Shown piece after piece: positions 39,856 through 52,700 of a DNA stretch of 64,000 nucleotides. The notes under the pieces were generated by a model that worked only from the letters and a program-made list of their open reading frames with translations, ran no database searches and was not told where the DNA came from. Position numbers and translations under genes: made by a program. Source of the DNA: Fimbriosthenelais zetlandica (lineage: Eukaryota); NCBI GenBank assembly GCA_977030845.1, contig OZ365112.1:21142001-21206000 (forward strand), given 5' to 3'. The stretch's first letter is position 1; every line of letters starts with the position of its first letter.

Positions 39856-42800
39856 TTAAACGACTGGGGCTATATGTGACGTATAATGTTCGGCTTAATG
39901 TAAAGCTAAACAACTTAAACAATTAAACCACTAGGCCTACATAAAATAAACGATTGGACTCCTAAATGACACGCCAGTTCCATTTGCATTTGTTGTAGGC
40001 CTACTTCTTTTTCCCTTGGATATTTGGGTCCTATAGATTCGACCCTGAATTGAGGTGGAACCTATTTCTATGAAATCAGTTGACATCGCAGTGACACTAT
40101 GAGGTGACACATCAAGTGACAATTCCATAAGTTGCTATTACCAAAGAGTATGAAAATGATGTCATCTATAAGCTCTTTGCTACCACCGCCGTCGATGTAG
40201 AGTTGATATTTCATTTTCTTGTAGTTACTTCTTTTAGCACGAGATGTCTTAAGATGTCGTATAGGTGCTTCATATTTATGTGACCAGAGGGCGTACAGAT
40301 AAGTGAAGCATACCATAAACTACTAGTCTTAAAATCACCATGGTTCTCTATAAAACTATTCTCAACACTGTTAGGTTTAGGTTTCAGTGAGTGGGAACTA
40401 ACTATAAAAGTTTATCGAAAGCCAATTTCTAACGAAAAAGGAATTCGTCAACTATCAAAGTTTTAGAAATTTACAAAAAACAATGGCAGACTCCCCCATG
40501 TACATCAAAAGGGCAACGAGGAGAGCAATAGGGTATTAAAAACAATGTTTATGATACATGTTCACGTAGGCTATTTGAACAGTGTATAAAAGCATACATT
40601 TATTATGCATTCTGACACCAATTCCTATTATCTAATATTACGTTGCTATCCAAATTTGGGCAAATGTATAGCATAGATGTAACACTCCCGGCGTTACACG
40701 TTAAGTATACTGATAGGTGACATCACTTGGTCCTATCAGTCGCCTCAAGATCGGTAAAATATAAGCTGTTTTTATCTTTTATCAGCGTGTACACTATTAT
40801 ATTACCATTATGTTTAAAGGTTACCCATACATTATGCATTGTGCTCTCGGCTTGCAGGCTTCAGCAATTACTAACAAGTTAACCAGAGGTCGGGGTATTA
40901 CCGATGTAATGTTACGGCCCGTTGAAAACCCAGGTTCAGGATATAAATCAAGAGCGGCGCTATAGCAAAAATTTATAGTAAAGGAGTCCCCCAAGGCTCT
41001 CCTCGCTATGACCCCATATAATTGAAATCGTGGATATTTCCGTCGGAATCTCTATGAAGTAATGACCAGAGCCATAATTTTGTGTGTGATAATAACTGCC
41101 GTTTGTGGTCTATATATCTTCCTTTGAAGAATAACATCAAAAGTAATCTTAATAAACGCAGGTACATTTTATGCCCTCCGAAATAAAGATTTTAATTGAA
41201 TTGAATGTTATAGTAGGCTATAGATGCTACTTGGGTATTGCTTTACATGATTACCAACAATGTTTGTGTTGAGGATGGATTTGGAGACACTTGTGAGTTA
41301 AAGCGCTCTATCCTTTGGTCTTCTGATCTCCTTTATCTCATTCACTTTTTTACCGCCTACCTATAGCTAGGTGATGTTCGCCCCACACATTTCCTTCCTC
41401 CCCTCCCCGCCTCCTCAAATATTTCAAACCAACTTGTAAACTTGTAGATGTGGTATAGATGTATATAAAAGATGTGAGCTACTGAAATATGAGCTTCTGA
41501 AATGATGGGGCTTTTTTGTCTTTTTAACCCGACAAGAATTGAAATAAAAGAACTTTTAATTACTCCTCAACAGAAGCAGGATATATACAGATTTTTGGTC
41601 TGGATTTTAAATTGGTGTCAAGTACGTCACAAAGTTGACTTTCAGTGCATAAACCAGTTCTTCTGGGCGCGTCAGTTGGAAAGATGTGTGGTGTGAAGGG
41701 CATACACTCGAGGTAGAAATGACAAGCCTTAGTGGCAAGGAGTGTCTATGTACGGGCGCCCAGACTGTTCAAACGGAAGAAAGACCCCACAAAAAGTGTC
41801 ATCTTTGCCACAGTAAAAAAACCTTTCGTCCATGCACATATATGTGTGGGTCTGGGCAAAATCCCATTGTGGAAAGTGTGTCTGTGTGGTTAATGTATGC
41901 GTGAATAAGTGGTCTTAGTATCACCATATTAATCTATGATATCGCCATTTCTCTCCTTACATGTATGATGACCAAAAGTTAAATGAACAGTTCTATACCA
42001 GACAACTTCAGATGCCATACAACTCTCCTCTATGGACATTGATGAAAATTGGTATTTTTAAATAAAACCAGCTTTAGAAATGGCGTTCTTTTCAGACACC
42101 TAAAAAGTCTTGAATTTGATGAATTACCTTGCCATTTTTATATTCACGATTGTGATTACTCTTAATGTCCCGCCAGATTTTGATAACACCTTAAAAACAT
42201 TCTAGACATGTAAGTTCTTTAGGTGAAAAGATTTCTTCGTGCAAATCCTTCATTACCAAGAATTAAATTTACTTTAACACATCTTCCCTTTTCTCCGTCA
42301 CTTTGTTGAATAAAGGAAATATTGAAGACAATTATTACATAGATATATATGGAAAAAAATTATTACATAGATATATATGAAAAAATGAGGTTTGACCTGT
42401 CAAAATCTAGACTTGATTTGACAGGTTTAAGAATTCGTCGGATTGGATACCCAAATCAACACAACTATATGAACATCCATTGGTCCTCGTTAAGGGATTT
42501 AATAATTATGTTAATCATTTAGTAGTTTCTACAAAATAACATCTTGTAATGATACCTTAGGTTCTAATTCTTTCTTCATGTTGGTGCCAAGCTGTGACGG
42601 ATAGGTCCCTACCGGTCTAGCAGCTTTCGAACATAGCCTGGTTATTCACCAAACCAGAACCAACCTGCCAAGGCGCAGTCAACCGCAGATAAAAACAACT
42701 CTTTATTAATGGCTGGCAAATTTTATTTTTCCCACTCGTCCCTTTTTTGAAAAAGTTCCTCTTTCGCGTGTCGAACACGATGGTAGGGAGCCCCACTACA

Positions 42801-42899
42801 ATCCTGTCAGTCCGGTCTCAGGTGGGACGAGGCAGGTGAGGGGGGTTCAGGTGTTCCATGCAGTGCTGCTGCAGCCTTAACGCTCTGGTTTTGGGGACG

Positions 42900-43124
42900 C
42901 GGGAAAGATCTCCCGGCCTGAAAGCAGGCGGCTGGCGGTAGGTCACCAAGAGGAGGGGGAGGTATAGAGCTGTTGGAGGAGGAGAGGATCTTGGAAATAA
43001 AACAGACACGGTGCTCAGCCAAGGGTGACAGACGGGCTGGAGGCCTACCGTTTCCGAGCCGAGTAGGTAACTTACTCACCAGCCGTCGTCGTGAACCTCT
43101 GAGCGCTGTGAAATCGCTTACAAG
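42900..43124 (+). promoter_or_regulatory. Probable promoter and first non-coding exon of the collagen gene
   Basis: GC/CpG-rich segment ending in a consensus donor CAAG|gtaagg at 43124/43125; the TSS cannot be placed exactly. Confidence 0.45.
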
Positions 43125-43739
43125 GTAAGGGAATGACAATTTGGAGATCAATTGGAAGCATTTAGGGATTGTTTAAGTTCTTTTGGATAAATGAATTTGG
43201 ATTTTGGACTGGTAAGTTGGCGTTCTTTTATGTTTGCTGTTGAGCGCACAGAGACATGCTGCTCTGTTTGGATGTAGTGGTATTGGGGAATCTTATACAT
43301 GAGGATTTGGAAGAAAGTCTCTCAGTTGCAGAGCGCTGAGAGGGGTGCCTTTAAGGATAGTTTTCTCCATAAACTTGGTGAATGTGCATGAATCAAGGAT
43401 CGCATCAATTTGATTCTAATAAAAACGGATTTATATTGGGTGCTAGCAGTTCCGTGAGTATTATATATATCTTAAAATAGGCCTCAATATGTCGTGTTGT
43501 AACCCAAAACATGTGCATGAAAGTTGATATGGTATGTATATGTTCATTGAAACGCAAAATATTTATTTTATTAATAATTGAGTTACTCAGTATTTCTTCA
43601 TGTGGCTTAAAAGGTCTACCATGATAATACATGTGATGCTAAGTATGGAAGGACGTTCGCTGGTTGATCCATTCAACTTAGAAATCTTAGGTGAAACGGT
43701 CCTGGAGGGGAGGCACTCAAGCGCATCGGATGCTCGCGG

Positions 43740-44025
43740 GCGGGGGGATCTGAGGGGGGATGGGGGTTGGGAGTTGGGGACAGTGACAGGTGAAGCAAGA
43801 AGCTACGTAAGGACAGGCGGGTGGGGGTGGGGGTGGTTTGGGTGGGTGGGATATGGGGGGTGGGGGTTGGGTGGGAAGGTGTTGAAGTTAAAATGCCTGA
43901 GGGCGGGGGTAAATGGTTGCAGAGAATCTACTGGCATAACCACCTTGATATTCTGACGCCCCCTGCCCATTCCTTACCCCCATTAGTCTCCACCCCATCT
44001 ACCCCCTCCCCCACCCAGCCACCCT
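43740..44025. other. G-rich tract (43740-43876) followed by a C-rich tract (43958-44025); G4 potential on both strands, in the predicted first intron of the collagen gene
   Basis: Many GGG(G) runs, then many CCC(C) runs, read directly. Confidence 0.55.
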
Positions 44026-46242
44026 GCACAGGTACGACACGGCACAAGTCGTTCGCGATCCTGTAGAATACTTTAGTTCCCCCAGCTCCCACTTGGGGAA
44101 CATCGTCACACCTGACATCACAGGGAAGGGAGTCGTTGATCCAAGAGCATGTCTACCTGGTGAGGACAGGCTAGCTATAGGCAGGTCCGTCCGCTCTATA
44201 CTGAAAGTCCCCTCCATACTGTAGGGCCCTATACTAAACCATGTTAAATAATGAGTGTGCTCTTATACATTATGTTCACAACCATCATGCTCTACCTCAT
44301 GCATTGGACAAGACATTTCACTTACAATGTTAAATAAAACGTCTTGAATTAATTAAAAATGTTGTCTGCATCAATTTGAGTTCAGACGTTATCAATATAG
44401 ATTGACATACATGAAGTGCGGCTACATTATATAATTAAATATGGATCTCATCTTCATAGGATTAAACTCTTTAAATACTTACCCCTTGACCTGTATTGAT
44501 GCCCTGACAGAGTAAGCACTGTCTATTAGGTTTTGCGGGTGGTCTCTGTCCACCGCAACGACCAAGACTGAGTGGCTGGGTTATAGGTAGACAGTTATGG
44601 TCATTTGCAATACATGTGTGCATCAAATTCATTGACATATTAGGGAAATGTTTAATGAGCATTTGAATGAGATAGGCAGGATTGATTATCCACGTATATA
44701 TCCTTTTGACTTCATAAATATTGAGTACAATTTGGTAACGGCGAAGGTTTTCTATTCATAGGGGTTTTTTTTGCAAAACCCCGTCGGCTTCTTGTCACCG
44801 TCTAAGTGCTATTAGTATTCTTGTCATTGAATGTCAGTACCTATATACTTGTCTGAAAAAAACCCTTTACATCGATTTAGACAGACTAAGCATCGGAAAA
44901 CGCGGGTATCCATATAGTCAATGTGACAGCTGTCACTATCCTTTTATCACATGATCATTTAAACTTGTCAAAAGAGATGGGTTAGTTGGGCAATAGATAG
45001 GATGGGTTGAGAAAAGGAAAGATCAAGCCATCGAAAAAAGACCGTCTCTTAGAACATTATCCAGTTTTTTTTTTTAGGATTTTCCCAATGTCATATAAGT
45101 AATAATAGTATAAGTTAATGTTTATTAAACAGGTATGGCATCTTTATTATCATAGACCTGGGTGGGATGTGAAAAGGGGCCAGTGGTTTGTAGAACATGC
45201 CTCAACATTTCATTATACTAATGCAAATAAGATCCTTTCCCTTCCCCTATGTATTTGGACAACTCTCACTGAACTTGCCAATACTTCCCTCTAAAACATT
45301 TTTGCTTGGAATATCTGTCGTCAAACAAGTAATGTCTGAAGATATATGGAGGCCAGGGTTGTCCTCGGCGACTTGCCATGGGCCTCTGAAGAAGGTCTAT
45401 ATGTCTGTACCTGTAGAATAGACACAAGTTACAGGGGTTAGGTTGAGCAGAATACACGACTGTCACTGAGTCCTTTGTACACTTATGTGAATATAATAGA
45501 TCTTGACTGTGAAGCGCATGAGACTGAAATTCCTCACTGTCTCGTCCACAGTAAATCTAATAGACATATTATAAGGCAGTGTCACGTATAAGCTTTAAAT
45601 GCATTACAAATATGATTGTGTTCGCATTCATTGTAAATAGTGTGAAAGCATTGTTGTGTGAACGGTATCATAACTCACATAGGTACATCTATTCTATCGT
45701 AAAGCCAAAGCCAATCATTCAAGGCCCTTTTACACGCTTCTTTGCACCCCTCCGGAACCTCGTTTGTTTGAACCGGTCTAACAGCATTGCGGTGTCCCTT
45801 ACCGGTTTGTGGCCCACTACTTCTTGTTCTGCTTTCTATATCCCCAATTCTAGACGGATTATACAATGTCAAGAGTGACTTAAAAGATAGAGGACGCAAC
45901 AAAAAGGCGACTTCCATAGGAAGGCATATTGCCAATAGTTTTCCTATTCCCGCGGCCTTTGTATTATTATCTTCTGTTTGTTGGCATTTCATGACACATG
46001 ACCTTGGCAAATGTAGGGGCCTTTAGTATGCAATGTTTTTAAATAGAAAAATGAATCAAATAGAAATAAATGAATAAATAATATCCATAATTCATGGATC
46101 GACTGGAAATAAAATACAATAATGTTTTCCTTTAGATTACTATGATACTATAGAAATGAAATGAGATAGAGTTTATTTTCCTTTTATAGTGATACATGTT
46201 TAAAAGCATCCTATATAATCTTATATTTCTTTTTATTTTCAG

Positions 46243-46406
46243 CGGTTTGCGCGCATTTCGAGGGGTTGTTCACGAGAGAGAAAACGGGCCTTGTCTGCTG
46301 TTATCTGGACTTCCAAACTTTTTGGTAGCCCAGTTGTCCAGGCAAGGCACCAGTTCGGCTCGGACAGATAATGATAACCTCTCCCAGACGCTAATTTAAT
46401 TTTCAC
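46243..46406 (+). other. Probable 5' UTR exon of the collagen gene, containing a 7-codon uORF (46371-46394)
   Basis: Strong acceptor ttttattttcag| and donor CAC|gtaagt; ATG ATA ACC TCT CCC AGA CGC TAA lies inside. Confidence 0.55.
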
Positions 46407-46616
46407 GTAAGTGATAACTACTTATGTCGGCCTCGTTATAGAAGTTCCTTTCAGATTTGTAGATAATTATCATAACCCCCATGTATGGAGTATGGAAATG
46501 TCATGGTAAAGATGATGATCTTTAGGTGGCAGGAAGAACGATTTTGACACGCATTAGATAAAACAATAATGATATTGAAAATAATTCTCTGAAATATTTT
46601 GTTTCAGAACGGCTAG

Positions 46617-46737
46617 ATGATGAGTGCGGGTGTAGACCCCGGTCGACCGCCGGGGCTTACATGGTCCGTAATCGTGTTCGTGGTTATAGCTATTTTAAAT
46701 TTGGATAGGATAAACTTTATATCAGCCCAACGATCAC
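46617..46737 (+). CDS. Collagen start exon encoding an N-terminal signal peptide or signal anchor
   Basis: In-frame TAG immediately before the ATG; [40 protein letters not shown] has a hydrophobic core and an I-S-A|Q cleavage-like site; phase-1 donor C|gtaagt. Confidence 0.75.
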
Positions 46738-49700
46738 GTAAGTACCATGATCATTTGGTTTCATTTATAACGAAGGTGTTAATCTTTGTGTATTGCCCTA
46801 CTACCAAATACCCAAGCTTATTGCTATTCATAGTTCCATGTTACATAATGTAATTGACATACCCGGTACCTTTATTTCGTTCACTTCGTTGACCTGATTC
46901 AATGTAAGTAAGATATTCTCTTTCGTTTAAATGACTAGATATGTTTTATTTGGCGCTATGACCATCTGATAGCGATCAATTCTTGCACGTTGATAATGCA
47001 TCTATTGCATGCAAAGCGCTATATCTGACACCTTTCGGAGGTTAGTATGTTATAACAGGATATCTACTGACCACTGTGTATATATGCTTACAGCTCAATG
47101 TTATGAGCTTCAGTCAGTCGCTTTCATGAGGTGGCCGCCTGCAGCCATAATATATTATATATTATATTATCTCGTAATATTATAATTCAGCTGCAAGCCT
47201 GTATGCAAGTCCATAATTATAACAGTGGATAGAATGTATCACCCATGCAAGAAAGGTGTCCTCAAATTGCCCGTGCTTGTATAGTACTTTACTCGTATCC
47301 ATGAACTCTTCACCCTGTGCACCTTGAAGCAATCACCTATACTACAAGCATCCAGCATGCGCCAGTCATAAAGTGTTGAATGTACAGAAATTTAAGATTC
47401 CATCAAGATGAATAATGATTTGCTGTCCTCATCAAGCAGACTACTTGGCGCGCATATGAAGATACTCTTGGCATCGTCTGATTTTTCTTAACCTACCTCT
47501 CCTACGCGTAGTAACTTTATGGTAGTATTTTAGTTTGTCCAGGCATGAAGCTCGATATCCTACTATATATCGAAAAAACTTTACAGAACAGGAGATCAAT
47601 CCACTCGATTTGTTTAGTGAGCGCGCTGCCAGTCAAGTGTGGTATTGATGGTCACTATGCGATATAAGATTTTAAAGCGCGTTAGCTTAAAAACTACTGG
47701 AACTTCAAGTCGGATCAATCAATGCATGAGCTATAGTGGACAACAAATTCTACAAAAAGTGCCATCCAACTGTGAACCATGACCCTAGACCTTCCTTGCA
47801 TTCCTTGACCTAGAAATATCCTTATTTCTAACTTCTGAAGACATTCCTATCTCTGATTTCCCTGAGGGATTCCCATCTGAAACTTTCCCTATGGATATTG
47901 CGCCTGTGCGCGGTGAGGTCCAGCGCCCATTGCAAGTCGCTTGCGGCATGTGGCAAGCTTGCTACTCATGTTCTCTATTCTTATTCCGAAATGGCAGACT
48001 GCTACTATGATCTGAGCTTTGTCATCGATATTGACAAAACCAATGAAGACTGGAGATTGGCTTGGGACACCATGGTCAAGTACATGACCTTCCTGGTAGA
48101 AGATCCCCGTCTGGAGTTTGGTTACAGGACATCGCCAAAAGATCAAGTGGCTATAGTGTCAGGTCTGAGCCCGACCACCTCAGATGTGCAGCTCTATCTG
48201 AATCAAGGTTTCGACCGCACCTTTGTTCTGAACACACTGGAGAACTACTTGGAGTATGGTACAAGTCTACCAGAAGGGATTATGACCCTATACACTAATC
48301 GAAACGGAGGCCCGGTATACTCAATCCGATATGGTGACCGCCCCCAAATGACAGACATAGTCTTCCTGTTGACCAATCGGCGTCGTCTGCCAGGAAACCT
48401 TAAGCAGTATACTGATGAACTTATTAGAAAGAACATGACGGTAATTGGAGTGGCAGTTGGTGAAGCGCCAAATGTGGACGTAGGCATGCTGCAATCAGTC
48501 GTATCTAACAGAAGACTTGTGGTGCAGCTTCCAACTTCCTCAGCAAATTTATATCAACAAAGAGACTTAACTTTTGACTCCATTCTTACTAGAAATTATT
48601 GCCCTCCTCCTACAATAGCTCCACCAATAGGTATTAAGTCATATAATATATAGAATGGTTTTAGGATCATATGTGTGATTATAGTGATGTTGTATCAAAA
48701 TGTTATGCAAAAAATGTGCCCTTCACAATAGGTTCTTGAATAACATCTTGTTTTAACGATCAATTTTGGGGCACTTTTATTAAAAAAGTAATTGATAAGT
48801 GAATTATTTGTTTAATCATACTTTCGAATGATTGACATATTTCTAATTAGATTGTACTACATAGCATCTTTATTTTTTAGCGGGTCCGCCCGGACCCCCT
48901 GGACCCCCAGGGAGGCCCGGTAATTCGGGACGTGATGGTCTACCTGGAACACTTGGAAGCACAGGTCCTACAGGACCTCCAGGAGGACCCGGAGGAAGAG
49001 GACCGGATGGACCCTCAGGTAAATTATTTGCTGGTTCAAAAACTATAAAATATTGTGAATCAAAACCACATTATAACGTAATATGAACCTGCTTCATCAT
49101 AATTCTTTTACAATATTCAAATTGTTAATGAGTTGTAATTGAAGAAGTATAGTTATACTTATAGAGTAACAATTTTCAGGAAATTAAACCGTTATGAGAT
49201 ATTCTATACATGTGCTGGATTTTAAAGGTTCACGTGGCCCCACTGGAAGTAGAGGAGGATCAGGACCTCTTGGACCAACTGGACCATCAGGACCACTAGG
49301 AACACGTGGGCCATCTGGCGGTCCAGGATCTACTGGAGTACTTGGCCCACTCGGACCAAGAGGACCTCCCGGACAACCTGGTCGTCCAGGTGGTCCAGGT
49401 GGTCCAGGATCCCCTGGATCCAGGGGATCTCGAGGACCTCCTGGGGGAAGAGGTGGAACTGGAATAACTGGCGAAGTAGGTCCACCCGGATCTGATGGAT
49501 CTCAGGGACAACGTGGACCCCAAGGACCTCAGGGTCCTCTAGGTCCTAGTGGTACAGGTGGACGACCAGGACCTCCAGGAAGGCAAGGATCAAGGGGTCC
49601 AAGAGGCCCTGGAGGACCAACAGGTAGAAATAATACTTATATTCTTCTATTTTTGATACCTATAGTGCATAATAACTATAATTATAACGAGGGGAAATTC

Positions 49701-52700
49701 CAATCGTCATTTGTCATCTAGGTACCGGCTATCTTCACAAGCCGTTTCTGATATTTTGAATTTAAACATATATAATTATAATATATAATCTTATTACATC
49801 GACATTATTTAGACCGTTGACATTTCTAGGTGGTTAAGGATACAGATTAATTTCATTACATCGACATTATTGCAAACCTTTGAAATTATTTCCAGGTGGG
49901 TTAGGAGAAGTAGGACCCCCTGGACAATCAGGAAGACCTGGGCCATCAGGTCCTGTTGGCGTAACTGGTGTTAGAGGAGGAACAGGAGCCGTTGGTGATG
50001 CTGGACCACAGGGTCCACGAGGATCTTCCGGTGAATCTGGTCCTGCTGGTGAAATAGGCCCACCTGGTCCATCTGGCCCACTTGGCCCATCAGGTCCTAG
50101 GGGACCAGCAGGAGACTCCGGACCTTTGGGACCAGGAGGACCCCAAGGATCTCGAGGATCACCTGGACCATCAGGCCCAACAGGAGTATCTGGACCAACA
50201 GGAGCCTCAGGTTTACCAGGATTTCGTGGCCGACCTGGAGAAAGAGGCCCTGGTGGACCAAGCGGTCTATCTGGACCTACTGGTGTCAGTGGACCAGCTG
50301 GGGAACGTGGCCGACCTGGACCACCAGGCCCACGAGGATCACAGCCTGGCCCTGCTGGACCTGCTGGTACCCCTGGAGGCAGGGGCCCTGCTGGAGGACG
50401 AGGTCCTCCAGGCCCTACTGGTGTAGCTGGAGGGCCAGGTAACGCTGGACCACCAGGCAGATCTGGACCCTCAGGTGAATCTGGAGAAAGAGGTCCACCA
50501 GGACCAACAGGAGCAATCGGATCCAATGGTAAGTATTGATCTGGAAATGTAGAAAATAATGAATTACCTACTGTTCTGTCTACATAATTCATAATTTCCT
50601 ACCATACAATTATGATTTTAGGTGTGGAACGATTTTTTTAATTGAAAGTAATCTTTGAACTATTTGTGTTTGATTCAGGTCCATCTGGTCCATCTGGTCC
50701 ACCTGGAGGAACAGGAGTACTTGGTCCCGCTGGACCAACAGGACCACGTGGCCCAGCTGGACCAGCTGGGTCCCAAGGTGAGAGCGGTGCAGCAGGTCCA
50801 GTTGGCCCCCTAGGTTCCGCAGGACCATCTGGTGAACGTGGGGAAAGGGGCCCATCTGGACCAACAGGTGCAGCTGGAGGGCCAGGATCCAGAGGTCCAA
50901 GAGGGCCTTCAGGTCCATCAGGTCCAGCAGGAGGATCAGGTGGGTTACCCGTATATTTTCACTTCTATTGATAATTTTTTCCCAATCTCATTCATTTTGT
51001 TTTACAAACTTAAATGATATCTGGAAACATATCAACACACATGCTTTATTTATTGATATCATGCACTATGAAACTGATGATTTCATAACTAATGATTTAA
51101 TTTTAATGCCTTCTGTTAATTGCAGGAGAGATTGGCCCTGATGGTCCAGCTGGTCCACAGGGCTCAAGAGGATCCCGAGGACCTGCCGGACCACCAGGTG
51201 GTTCAGGCGTCCCAGGCGCAGGCGGCCCTAGTGGTCCACGAGGTCCAGCTGGTCCCTCAGGTAATATTCTTCACTACTTTGTCTATCTTCATTTAATAAA
51301 ATGGCAATTCTCTATCATAAGTTTAGTGTCGAAGCATGTGAATAAGTTTGGCAGTATTGCTGATTTATTCTATGTGTTGGCTCTACATTATATAAAAATC
51401 GTGGATAACTGATTTCTCTAGTTCTTGATTATCAATATTTGTAGGTGAGGCTGGCCCAAGTGGTGCGCAAGGATCTGCAGGTCCATCGGGCCCAGCAGGA
51501 CCATCAGGTGAAGCTGGACTACCAGGCCCTGTTGGTGCTGTTGGAGTAACAGGAGTAAGAGGACAACCAGGAAACCGCGGGCCTCGTGGCCCTGCTGGAC
51601 CTTCTGGCGAAGGAGGCGAAGCCGGGTCACCTGGTTCGCCAGGACCTACTGGTCCCAGTGGACCTTCAGGTGAATAAACATTTCCTCTAGAACAACTAAG
51701 TAAACAATGTCCATTTTCTTCCCAGACCCCTGTCTCTGCTACTTGCTGCCATGAGGATCTGGTTTATTATTTCATATTCATAATTGCTTTCATAATTTTT
51801 ATTTTCGCAAATTTCATTAAAAACAAACTGATTATCTCTACCAATAGGAGAGCGGGGCCCAAGAGGACCAACTGGTGCCGGTGGCCCCACTGGAGCTTCA
51901 GGACAGCAAGGATCAAGGGGATCAAGAGGTCCTGCTGGACCTTCTGGGCCAACTGGCTCAGCTGGTGAAGTTGGAGGTGTTGGACCAGCTGGACCTTCTG
52001 GGCCTAGAGGGGAGAGAGGAGGATCAGGCCCTGCTGGACCAACCGGTGCTCAAGGATCAAGGGGGCCAAGGGGACCATCCGGACCTTCAGGACCAGCTGG
52101 AGAGGCTGGTGAATCAGGCCCAGGTGGATCCCCAGGCCCAAGAGGTCCACGTGGACCCAGTGGACCTACTGGCGCAGGAGGTCCAACAGGTGCAGTAGGA
52201 TCTGATGGCCCAGCAGGACCATTGGGACCTGGTGGGGAACGTGGAGAGAGAGGACCAGGGGGACCCACTGGAGCAGCAGGAGGGCCAGGTTGTAACATTT
52301 TCCCTACTCTACTATAATTGTATTTGGCGACTATTTATTTTTGTAAGATAATCGTAAGGCATTCAATTTAATCTCCATCAAGAAATGATTTGATATTGCT
52401 GGTACAAGGCTCTGATATCTGGAATGGCATCCATTCATTTGAAAAGGCCTACACATGGCCGTGTGTATTGGAACTAATTGAAAAGTATTTTGGCAGGACC
52501 AAGAGGACCTGCAGGCCCTAGAGGAGAGAGGGGGGGAGATGGACCTCCAGGATCTTCTGGACCAGCTGGACCATTGGGACCATCTGGCCCAAGGGGACCA
52601 GCTGGGGAAGGTGGTGAAGATGGGCCACCAGGACCTTCAGGAAGACGAGGAGAGAGGGTAAAACATTTAAAATTTACTGAACCTCACATTTTAATACTAC

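Noticed and set aside
42330-42426. 28-bp tandem duplication plus a short imperfect hairpin
   Set aside because: Ordinary local slippage; no sign of function.
47898-47997. ORF-track extension of the vWA ORF upstream ([13 protein letters not shown]...)
   Set aside because: It starts at TTG. It is better explained as the end of exon 47841-47912 (read in another frame) plus an 85-nt GT-AG intron (47913-47997).
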